From assembly GCA_023265195.1 (NCBI GenBank), contig JAHFUG010000008.1, forward strand, positions 1-43,734: a DNA stretch of 43,734 nucleotides, read 5' to 3'. Of this stretch, positions 9,593 through 17,883 are shown piece by piece. This stretch comes from Blastocatellia bacterium. GTDB taxonomy: Bacteria; Acidobacteriota; Blastocatellia; UBA7656. Position 1 is the first letter of the stretch. The number at the start of each line of letters is the position of its first letter. The notes under the pieces were generated by a model. The model had not been told where the DNA came from. It saw only the letters and a program-made list of their open reading frames with translations, and ran no database searches. A program made the position numbers and the translations under genes.

Positions 9593-10951
9593 ATGATCAA
9601 GCACGCACGCCGTGCAATAGGTCTCTTACTTTGTTTGGCCCCGCTGCATGCCGCCGGCGAAAGCGCGGACTCGCCCAGACCGGTTCCCCCACTCCGAGAG
9701 CAGGCGGCCATTCAACAGAACTGGTTGAAGCTGAGGCTGGAGCGCGTGCTTCCGAAACTCATGCGCAAGCATGGCGTCCAGATGTGGCTCATGGTCTGCC
9801 GCGAATACAATGAAGACCCGGTGTTCTTCTCACTGGTCTCGCCCACGGTCTTCGCGGCTAGAAGACGAACGATCTACGTCTTCCACGACCGCGGCCTCGA
9901 AAAGGGCGTTGAGATGCTGGCCCTTGGCGGAGGTTCCAACGGCGGACTCTACACCGTATACCGGGACCCAGAAGTCGAAGGCCGCGAAGTGTACGGCGAG
10001 GGCCAGTGGGTCTTGCTCAGAAAACTCATCGATGAGCGCAAGCCCGCAACCATAGCAATCAATATTTCCCACACGCATGCTTTTTCCGACGGTCTGTCTT
10101 CCGGAGAGCGCGAAAAGCTAGAGGCCGCGCTTGGGGCTGAGAACTTGCGGCGCGTCGTCAGGGCCGAGAACCTGGCGCTCGAGCTTGTTTCGATTCGGCT
10201 GCCCGAGATGCTTCCCGTCTACCGCAAGATGATGGAGACGGTTCACTCGTTGATTGGACGGGCCTTCTCGAACGAAGTCATAACGCCGGGCAAGACTACT
10301 AACGAAGACGTCGTGTGGTGGCTGCGCCAGCAAGTAAACGACCTTGGGCTGGGAACGTGGTTCCATCCGTCGGTTCGAGTTCAAAAACCGGCTAAGACCG
10401 GCGTTAGCTTGCTTGCCGAAGACGCGCCAGCCGTTATCGATCGAGGCGACGTTCTTCACGTGGATTTCGGAATCACCGCGATGCGGCTGAACACCGACAC
10501 CCAGCATATGGGATACGTCTTGCGCCAGGGTGAGACCGATGTTCCGCCCGGAATCAAGCACGCGCTCGCGAACGCGAACAAGCTGCAGGATCTGCTGCTC
10601 GAGCGAATGAAGCCCGGCCGTTCGGGGAATGACGTGCTGGCCGGCGCGCTTGCGGCTATGAAAGCGGCTGGAATCAAGGGATCGATTTATACGCATCCGA
10701 TTGGAGATCACGGCCACGGAGCCGGCCCGCTGATTGGTCTGTGGGACAGACAGGAAGGCGTCCCCGGCCGGGGCGACGTCACGGTCTTACCGGGCACCTG
10801 GTTCTCGATAGAGCTATCGGCTACAACGCCTGTTCCTGAATGGGACGGCAAAGAGCTTTGGATAGGCCAGGAGGAAGACGCGGCAATCGATGACGAGGGC
10901 AAAATCTCATGGGTGCTGAAACGGCAAACGGAATATCACCTGGTCAAGTGA
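9593..10951 (+). CDS. M24-family metallopeptidase (Xaa-Pro aminopeptidase / creatinase fold), secreted
   Basis: Pita-bread-fold metal-ligand regions DVLHVDFGI, HPIGDHGHGAGP and WFSIELS. Signal peptide MIKHARRAIGLLLCLAPLHA. ATG 9593 follows GGAGGG; the ORF-track start at 9521 would translate the direct repeats. Confidence 0.8.
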   Translation: MIKHARRAIGLLLCLAPLHAAGESADSPRPVPPLREQAAIQQNWLKLRLERVLPKLMRKHGVQMWLMVCREYNEDPVFFSLVSPTVFAARRRTIYVFHDRGLEKGVEMLALGGGSNGGLYTVYRDPEVEGREVYGEGQWVLLRKLIDERKPATIAINISHTHAFSDGLSSGEREKLEAALGAENLRRVVRAENLALELVSIRLPEMLPVYRKMMETVHSLIGRAFSNEVITPGKTTNEDVVWWLRQQVNDLGLGTWFHPSVRVQKPAKTGVSLLAEDAPAVIDRGDVLHVDFGITAMRLNTDTQHMGYVLRQGETDVPPGIKHALANANKLQDLLLERMKPGRSGNDVLAGALAAMKAAGIKGSIYTHPIGDHGHGAGPLIGLWDRQEGVPGRGDVTVLPGTWFSIELSATTPVPEWDGKELWIGQEEDAAIDDEGKISWVLKRQTEYHLVK

Positions 10952-11143
10952 TGATTAACTGGTTCATGTGAGCCGGTGCGAGGCCTTCGCTCAATGACCT
11001 CCCGTACCGCGATTCAATCCAACGCCGTCGTCGCGCGCTAACCCAGTATTGTCGCGTTGTCGGCTTTGCCGTTGTGGGAGAAGCGCCGAAGCGTTGGGCC
11101 GGGTTATACTACCTAGCTTAGATTGTATCCAAGGGGTGCTCCA

Positions 11144-12352
11144 ATGAATCCCGAGTCTAGTCCATTCACGCCGGGACAGCCGGTTCCTATCGAGTTCTTT
11201 GTTGGGAGGGTAAAAGAGATCGAGCATCTGCGCAGCATGGTGCGCGCGTCGATTCAAGGCCGGTTTAAGATTGGTTACGTGACCGGAGAGCGCGGGATCG
11301 GAAAAAGCTCTCTCGTTTCGTTTGTGAGGCACCTGGGTGAAAGGGAGGATTGCATTGCCGGGGTGCACGCTTTCCTGGGCGGCGTGAAGAATCTTTCCGA
11401 CATGATACGCATCGCATACGATCGCCTGCTAAAGGAAAGCATCGATAAGCCCTGGTACGACAACGTGCGCGGCTTCTTCGGTGACCACGTGCGGAAGGTC
11501 GGGCTGTTTGGCGCATCTATAGAACTCAGCGTCACGAAGGAAGACCTTGGAGTTCTGGTAAATGATTTTGTTCCAACCCTGCGCAAGCTGGTTGCGCACC
11601 TGAAGGATGATCGCAAATCTCTGCTGCTTATTTTAGATGATATTAATGGACTCGCCGAGTCCGCTGAATTTGCAAACTGGCTCAAGAGCACGGTGGATCA
11701 GATCGCCACGGAGAATTCCCCACTCTCTTGTTGCATACTGATCGTTGGGCTGGAGGAACGAAGACAGAATCTAATCAAGCTGCAGCCGTCTCTTGCCAGA
11801 TTGTTCGACATTACCGAGATAAGACCGTGGACGGATCAAGAAACCGCCGAGTTCTATACCGAGGCGTTCAAAAGAACCGCCGCTTTAACTGTGGACGACC
11901 TAGCGCTGAAGGAAATGGTTGAGTCAACCGGAGGTCTGCCAGTGTTTGCTCACGAAATTGGGGATGCTGTGTGGCGAACGGCCAAGGGAGTTGAGGTCAC
12001 GCTCCATGAGGCGATGAAGGCGATCCTCGACGCAGCCGAGATCATCGGCAGAAAATTCCTGGAACCACGGGTCTTTCAGGCGATTCGCAGCAAACGTTAT
12101 CGTTCGATACTTCGCAAGCTCGCAGGCGACCAGATTCACAACGTCTCGTTTCAGCGCGCGGAGATCAGGAAGCGTCTTTCACCCGAGGAAGACAAAGGTT
12201 TTGGCAACTTTCTCAATCGAATGAGAGACCTTGGCGCCATCGTCGTCGACTCTGAAGCTGGCCCTGGCGGTTATCGGTTCGCGAGCCGCCTTCATCTAAT
12301 GTACTTTTGGATGGAATCCCTGCGGGCAAGCAAAGGCGGCGACGACACATAA
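11144..12352 (+). CDS. AAA-type ATP-binding protein (ORC/Cdc6-like or 'archaeal ATPase'-like P-loop NTPase)
   Basis: Walker A GERGIGKSS and Walker B LLLILDDING. The C-terminal part is plausibly a winged helix. ATG 11144 is preferred over the upstream TTG at 11123. Confidence 0.65.
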   Translation: MNPESSPFTPGQPVPIEFFVGRVKEIEHLRSMVRASIQGRFKIGYVTGERGIGKSSLVSFVRHLGEREDCIAGVHAFLGGVKNLSDMIRIAYDRLLKESIDKPWYDNVRGFFGDHVRKVGLFGASIELSVTKEDLGVLVNDFVPTLRKLVAHLKDDRKSLLLILDDINGLAESAEFANWLKSTVDQIATENSPLSCCILIVGLEERRQNLIKLQPSLARLFDITEIRPWTDQETAEFYTEAFKRTAALTVDDLALKEMVESTGGLPVFAHEIGDAVWRTAKGVEVTLHEAMKAILDAAEIIGRKFLEPRVFQAIRSKRYRSILRKLAGDQIHNVSFQRAEIRKRLSPEEDKGFGNFLNRMRDLGAIVVDSEAGPGGYRFASRLHLMYFWMESLRASKGGDDT

Positions 12353-12487
12353 AGCGCAGGCGGTCGTAGTTCCGGCTTAGGGGGGCTGCTGCTGCGTGCC
12401 CGAGCCGCACTTCAGCTTATTCTGATAATAGTAAAGCACAAACTGTTGTCACGTCTCCGCGGCTCAATCTCGTCGCCCAGTCGCCCC

Positions 12488-14221
12488 TCAATGCCTTGTT
12501 CGTTGAGGCCGGTCTTTCATCTCAACACTTTGTATCAGGGCGGCGTTGGCCCGATCATTAGCGGTGAGCATCGAGTCGCTGTAGTCGCGCCTCGGAGAGT
12601 ACCACGGCCGAGACTCGAAGTATCGCTGCAGCGCGGGCGTGTCAAAAACCCGGCCGTGACGCGCGTACACTGCATTCCGTAATACACGCAGATCGAATCC
12701 CGTAAGCCCCTGGATATCTCTCTCCACAAGGGCCGAACCGCTCACGACCTTGGCTTCGGCGTACTCAATCGAGTTTTGAGGGAGCGGCTCGGGTTTTGTG
12801 CTTGCGTTCGTGTTTGCCCCAGTTGATGGAAGCTCAGCCTCTGGAATCCCGCGGTTCACGTTGGGAGAGCCGGCCGAAGCTGGCGGAGTCATTGGCTGCG
12901 CAGCCGCCCGCGGAGCCGCTGTTCGAGCCGGCTCTCCACTGGGTTGATCGGAGCGAGCCTGAGACGCCTCCGATGCGTTATTGTCTCGAAGCACAAATGT
13001 GTAAACTCCCGCGCCCGCGGCGAGCAGAACCACAAACGCCGCGGCGCTGACGAAGACTATGCTCCACGATGACTTTCGAGGAGGGTTAGCTACGCTGTGC
13101 GCCACAATCGGGGCGCGCAACGTGTTGGCCCCTGTCCCGATCGAACGCTCGGTTCCAGCCGATTGAGAAGTCTGGCGGTCCGGGTCGTAGCCGCCAGCGC
13201 TCCGCGCGCCAACCGGGGACGCTTCAATCGCGGTTTGCAGCGCGCGGCCAAATTCCGCCGCGTCGTTGTGACGCATTGCAGAATCCTTGAAGAGGCCTCG
13301 CATTACGACGCTTTCCAGTTCGGTCTTTATTTTCAATGCGCCCGGGAACGGCGGCGGTGTTTCAGTAAGATGCTTTGCTATCACGCCCGTAATTGACGCC
13401 GCGGTGAACGGAGGCTGTCCCAACAACATCTCGTACATCATCGCGCTCAAGCTATATACGTCGGAGCGCGAGTCGAGCGTTTCGCCTCGGCACTGCTCGG
13501 GCGACATATAGAACGGCGTTCCTATCACCGTGCCGGTCTGCGTCAATCGAACCTCGGACGCGGCGTCCCGGAGTTTGGCTATGCCAAAGTCGACGACCTT
13601 GACCGTTTCCCGCGGGCGATCCGCTCCGGCCGGCAACACTATCACGTTGTCGGGTTTCAAATCGCGATGGACGATTTCGCTTCGATGGGCGGCGGCGACG
13701 CCGCTGCAAATCTCTTGCATCATCTGAACCGCTCGTGACTGCTCGATCCTTCCCTCGCGCTCGAGGATGCTCCCGAGCGGCTCCCCGTTAACGAGTTCCA
13801 TCACGATGAAAGCCGGCGAATCCACGCCGGGCTCGCCGTAGTCATAGATCGTCACTATATTAGGATGTCTCAGCACCGCCGCGGCCCTTGCTTCTCTCCT
13901 GAAACGTTCTATGGCTTCGGCGTCGGTGACAAGTTTCTGATGAAGGACCTTTACGGCGACCTCGTCTCCAATATGTGTCCGCTTCGCACGATATACGGCG
14001 CCCATGCCGCCGGCGCCGAGCCTTTCGCACAGTTGGTATTTCGAATCGAGGAGACGGCCAACGAGAGGGTCCGCTTCCGGCTGGGGTTCATTGATGACCA
14101 TTCGCTCGGTGGCCGCTTCTTTCGGGTTGACTGAAGGCGGCTCCTTAACGGCGGGCTGACCGCACTTGGGACAAAACTTGGCGCTATCGACAACGGATTG
14201 ATTGCAATTAGAGCAGACCAT
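12488..14221 (-). CDS. Ser/Thr protein kinase with N-terminal zinc ribbon, one TM helix and C-terminal YARHG domain
   Basis: Zinc ribbon CSNCNQ..CPKCG. Kinase motifs GAGGMGAVY, VAVKVL, HRDLKPDNV, DFG and SPE. TM segment WSIVFVSAAAFVVLLAAGAGVYTFV. C-terminal LRNAVYARHGRVF (YARHG). ATG 14221 (MVCSNC) is preferred over the ORF-track start at 14290. Confidence 0.9.
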   Translation of the reverse strand: MVCSNCNQSVVDSAKFCPKCGQPAVKEPPSVNPKEAATERMVINEPQPEADPLVGRLLDSKYQLCERLGAGGMGAVYRAKRTHIGDEVAVKVLHQKLVTDAEAIERFRREARAAAVLRHPNIVTIYDYGEPGVDSPAFIVMELVNGEPLGSILEREGRIEQSRAVQMMQEICSGVAAAHRSEIVHRDLKPDNVIVLPAGADRPRETVKVVDFGIAKLRDAASEVRLTQTGTVIGTPFYMSPEQCRGETLDSRSDVYSLSAMMYEMLLGQPPFTAASITGVIAKHLTETPPPFPGALKIKTELESVVMRGLFKDSAMRHNDAAEFGRALQTAIEASPVGARSAGGYDPDRQTSQSAGTERSIGTGANTLRAPIVAHSVANPPRKSSWSIVFVSAAAFVVLLAAGAGVYTFVLRDNNASEASQARSDQPSGEPARTAAPRAAAQPMTPPASAGSPNVNRGIPEAELPSTGANTNASTKPEPLPQNSIEYAEAKVVSGSALVERDIQGLTGFDLRVLRNAVYARHGRVFDTPALQRYFESRPWYSPRRDYSDSMLTANDRANAALIQSVEMKDRPQRTRH

Positions 14222-14384
14222 AACGCCGCGAGTCCTCACTGCGCCCGCGATCGGGTGACGAGACCGCGGCGTCTGAGGACGTTGTTCCAACAGGTCACCG
14301 ACGCTACGCTTTCAACGCCGTCCAACCAGACACTACGCGAGCGTCGCTGGGTTCATTCCATATTTTCAAGCATGCGGTCCGAGG

Positions 14385-14708
14385 TTACGCTTTGAGTTTT
14401 TGCTCAACGACTGCTTTGATGATGTGACGCGCTTCTTCGGTGAGGTCCAGGAACTTGACCCCCATTCCTATCTGAGGCATGCAATACCGAACTTCCGCGG
14501 ACGCGGCAATCTCAGTCTCTTGGAGGCGGAATCGCAGCTTGAGAATCGAGCCGACGGGAAAGCAGGTCATGGAATCTATGAATACGCCCGAGAGACTCAA
14601 ATCGTTGATTCGAGTATTGAGACGCCCAACGCTGGCGCCCTCGCACTGGACCTCGCATAGATATGCGATTCGCTTTTCTTTTCGTTTTTCCGCTGATCTC
14701 GTTTGCAT
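14385..14708 (-). CDS. PilZ domain protein (putative c-di-GMP receptor)
   Basis: 107 aa. The RxxxR-like KRKEKR near the N-terminus and DLSLSGVF (D/NxSxxG) match the PilZ signature. Confidence 0.72.
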   Translation of the reverse strand: MQTRSAEKRKEKRIAYLCEVQCEGASVGRLNTRINDLSLSGVFIDSMTCFPVGSILKLRFRLQETEIAASAEVRYCMPQIGMGVKFLDLTEEARHIIKAVVEQKLKA

Positions 14709-14765
14709 TGGTTGAGCCCCCGGGTGTGTCGGGCGTGAAGTCAGGTTGACTCTCGGCCTTTCTTG

Positions 14766-15281
14766 CTAAAGCCTATCCAAAGCTTCCGCGCCTGCCTCGA
14801 GGGCGCGAACTTTCCTGATGATCAGCTCGCGGTCGAACCCCAGCCTCGCCAGATGATCGAACAACCGCTTTGTCCCGTTACGGTCAAGCGGCGGCGTTTG
14901 TCTTCGCAATCGTTTTTCAATCGCCCGATCTATGAGGGCTTGCTCATCAAGCCCGCTGAAGACAGCGTCGAGGGCGGCGTCGATCACCGGCCGGGAAACC
15001 CGCTTCGCCGCCAGTTCGCGCGCCACTCTCGATCGCCCGACGAGTTTCGTACTGGTGCGATGGTTCGCATAGCTGACGGCGAATCGCGCATCATTGATGA
15101 AGCCCAGTTCCCTCAGCCGCAGGACACACGCTTCAACCGCGCTTTCTCCAGCCAGCGCGGACAGCCGGTCTCTTATCTCCGACTCGCTCCGCGGCCGGGC
15201 GGCCAGCAACTTCACTGCTTTTGCAAAGAGCTTTCCCGGTTCAAGGTTTGACCCGCGATCCTCACCGGAGGACTGCTTCAT
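14766..15281 (-). CDS. recX: RecX-like regulatory protein
   Basis: Repeated three-helix pattern and RecX-like strings (LLAARPRSESEIRDRL, FINDARFA, YANHR). Internal ATG 15281 gives about 171 aa and avoids overlap with pilT. The ORF track extends to 15383. Confidence 0.68.
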   Translation of the reverse strand: MKQSSGEDRGSNLEPGKLFAKAVKLLAARPRSESEIRDRLSALAGESAVEACVLRLRELGFINDARFAVSYANHRTSTKLVGRSRVARELAAKRVSRPVIDAALDAVFSGLDEQALIDRAIEKRLRRQTPPLDRNGTKRLFDHLARLGFDRELIIRKVRALEAGAEALDRL

Positions 15282-15346
15282 TCTCCCGCCAAACGGGCGG
15301 CCCGTTTCAACGGCGCTTCTCGCCCCTCTTGGCGATTCGGACGGTC

Positions 15347-16555
15347 TTATTTCACCGCGTGCTCTGTTCCTTCCAATAACCAATTAGCGAATTGTTTCGA
15401 CTCTCCCTTGGCCGACTCGAGCGAACCCGTGCGCATGCGGGATCGTTCCATTTCCTCGCGCGCCTGATCGCTTGCGGAGCGGATGCCGGAAGCTCGGAGC
15501 CTGAACTCATCGGGATTTGACGCGCCGCTCAAAGCTTCCTCGTATGTTATCAGCCCTCGAGTATGCAGATCAAACAACGACTGGTCGAAGGTCTGCATTC
15601 CGTATTGCGAGGTGCCCTGCGCTATCGCTTCCCGAATCAGCGGCGTTTTTTCGGGGTGCACAATACAGTCGCGAATATAAGGAGTTGCGATCATGACCTC
15701 GACCGCCGGCACTCGGCCCTGGATCGAGTCCGCCGCCCGGACCAGGCGCATCGATATGACCGCGCGCAACACGCTGGCGAGCTGAAGCCGGACGGATCGC
15801 TGCTGATGCGGCGGAAACACTGAAACAATGCGGCTGACCGTTTCAGTGGCGTCGAGAGTGTGCAGAGTGGAGAGAACCAGGTGTCCGGTTTCGGCGGCCA
15901 TCAACGCCGTCTCTATCGTCTCGTAGTCGCGCATCTCTCCGACGAGGATTACGTCGGGGTCTTGCCTCAAACCGCCCCGCAGCGCATCAGAAAAACACTT
16001 CGTGTCTACATCCACCTCACGCTGATTGACATAAGACTTCTTATCGCGATGCAGAAACTCGATAGGGTCTTCGATCGTGACGATATGGCCGGTCCTGGTC
16101 CTGTTTATGTAATCGATTACGGCCGCCAGAGTCGTGGACTTGCCTGATCCGGTGGTTCCGGTGACGAGAATCATGCCGCGTTTTTCATCCGACACTTTCT
16201 CGATAACGGGTGGAAGCCGCAGCTCGTCTATGGTGCGAACCGTTGTCGGGATCACGCGCAGCACCATTCCAACCGTTCCGCGTTGCTGAAACACGTTGCA
16301 TCGAAAACGCCCGAGCCCCGACACGCCGTACGCAATGTCTATTTCGGCGTTCTCCGTGAATCGCTGCTTCTGGCGATTGTTCATTATCGAAAAAGCCATG
16401 TTGAGCGTGTCCTCGGCGGACAACCGCTGAGCCTCGACCATGGGTTGAAGATCGCCGTTGATTCTTATGAAAGGAAAGCTGCCTGCCTTTATGTGAAGAT
16501 CCGATGCGCACTTGCTGCACGCTATAGTTAATAACTGGTCGATGCTAGGTGACAT
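15347..16555 (-). CDS. pilT: type IV pilus retraction ATPase PilT with a roughly 50-aa C-terminal extension
   Basis: ASDLHIKAGSFPFIRINGDL, Walker A GTTGSGKSTT, Walker B ILVGEMRD and His box TGHLVLSTLHT. Confidence 0.9.
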   Translation of the reverse strand: MSPSIDQLLTIACSKCASDLHIKAGSFPFIRINGDLQPMVEAQRLSAEDTLNMAFSIMNNRQKQRFTENAEIDIAYGVSGLGRFRCNVFQQRGTVGMVLRVIPTTVRTIDELRLPPVIEKVSDEKRGMILVTGTTGSGKSTTLAAVIDYINRTRTGHIVTIEDPIEFLHRDKKSYVNQREVDVDTKCFSDALRGGLRQDPDVILVGEMRDYETIETALMAAETGHLVLSTLHTLDATETVSRIVSVFPPHQQRSVRLQLASVLRAVISMRLVRAADSIQGRVPAVEVMIATPYIRDCIVHPEKTPLIREAIAQGTSQYGMQTFDQSLFDLHTRGLITYEEALSGASNPDEFRLRASGIRSASDQAREEMERSRMRTGSLESAKGESKQFANWLLEGTEHAVK

Positions 16556-16945
16556 TATCTCTGTGCCTCGCGCAGTGCTCCCTGTCCAATTGAGAAAATC
16601 AACCCGCTATGAGCAGGTGGCCATCAGCCGCCAGTGCCTGCGAACGCTTCGTTGCGACCGCCGGCCCACAGGAACCAGTTTCTCGCCTTCGTCATTTTGG
16701 AGGGGCAGTTTCAGTTCGGGGGAGGGTCAAACACGAAGCTTTGGAACGTTCCCGAACCTTCGGGGCGATTATAGACAGAAGAGACGACTGCTTCAACAGT
16801 AATCAGCGTTCACTGGCCAGCAGTCAATCAGTAGTCGGGGAACCAACGATCTCCTTACTCGCCTTGGTGAGTTTTGTGGTTTTGATTCTTTCGCGGCTTT
16901 CCGAAGCAGCGCTCCTGACTTTCCGCTTTAGGAGCGTAAAGAAAA

Positions 16946-17115
16946 AACTTCCCGATTTGAGAGCGTGCTGGGGAATGAATGTACGGGCGGCCTTCTGCGG
17001 CCGACCCTCCTGAGGCAGCGGTGCTTCCGTAAGGAGAACACGGGCCGCAAAGAGGGGCGGGCACGGAGACCAGCCCGTACTTTCATTCCCCAGCACACTC
17101 TCAAACCGGAAAGTT
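16946..17115. other. 170-nt extended imperfect hairpin (candidate structured RNA or MITE-like palindromic element)
   Basis: The 43-nt arms 16946-16988 and 17073-17115 are complementary at 39/43 positions. An inner stem pairs tgcggcc (about 16996-17002) with ggccgca (17043-17049). A 17-nt asymmetric bulge is present. The element lies in a 1.2-kb stretch with no convincing ORF. Confidence 0.6.
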
Positions 17116-17883
17116 AATTGTTCTACGGCTCCTTAGTAGCAGCACAGACCAGTTCCCAAATCCCAGCAACGCAGTTCAGTTGGTGGATCGTTCATACTCA
17201 ATCAACCTACCTGCCTACGGCGGCAACCGGTCATTCCCGATCAGATCAGTCCGCGGGCGTTGCAACGGGAGATACCTCGATAACCGACTCGCACCTTCCA
17301 TCGGACTGCGGACCACATATCTTACGGCGCGATATTGGAAAATAGGCTTGACCTTCGCCGTCAACTCATAGAGAATGCAGTCCGCTCACCCGAATCGGAG
17401 CGAGTCCTCTTTTTTGTGCGCCGAAATCCAGTTGGCTGAAAGGCGTAGCGAGTTAGTTCAACAGCGAAAGAACCCCTGAGGAATTCGCGATGACAACCTG
17501 AGCGTGGAGTGTGCGTCACAGCGGAGTCTTATGGCCTTCACCAATTCACGCGCCGCTTGCATCGGCTGGTTCGTTAACATTTCTCAGTGCGGCTGGAGCA
17601 CCGTTTGTCGAGACGAATGAGAATGATTGGAGTTTGGTTCGCCGGCCCTGAGCGATCGCTAGGCGGCCTTGGTCGGGCGGCGATGGAATTGAGCGCATTA
17701 GACCGACGAATTCGGGACCAATGACAAGGCAACGGATGCGCTCAGGGCGTTCGTCGAGGTTCCATCGAGTCGCGCTTCTTTGTGGGACTCGTTTATCACC
17801 AAGAGCCGGGCAAAAAAGAAGAGCGGGGGAATTTGCCACAAGCCGTCCTCTCACCCAAATCCGAACCAGTGCTGCGCTACCTT

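Noticed and set aside
16946-17115. Assigning the 170-nt hairpin as 6S RNA (ssrS).
   Set aside because: The size fits, but the 43-bp almost perfect closing stem and the one-sided bulge do not resemble the two-sided central bubble of known 6S RNAs. It is kept only as an unassigned structured element.
17348-17420. Promoter-like TTGACC-17 nt-GAGAAT followed at once by a small hairpin and a T6 run, which could be a tiny sRNA.
   Set aside because: The stem is only 5 bp (CGCTC/GAGCG) with a 10-nt loop, and the T run starts 8 nt after the stem. This is too weak to call a transcription unit.
16609-17854. Several 60-134-aa ORFs in the pilT-EBP gap: 16609..17013(+), 16824..17096(-), 17118..17345(+), 17180..17371(+), 17546..17854(-).
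   Set aside because: They have no RBS, mutually overlapping frames and low-complexity translations. Two of them simply run through the arms of the 170-nt hairpin. The region is treated as non-coding.
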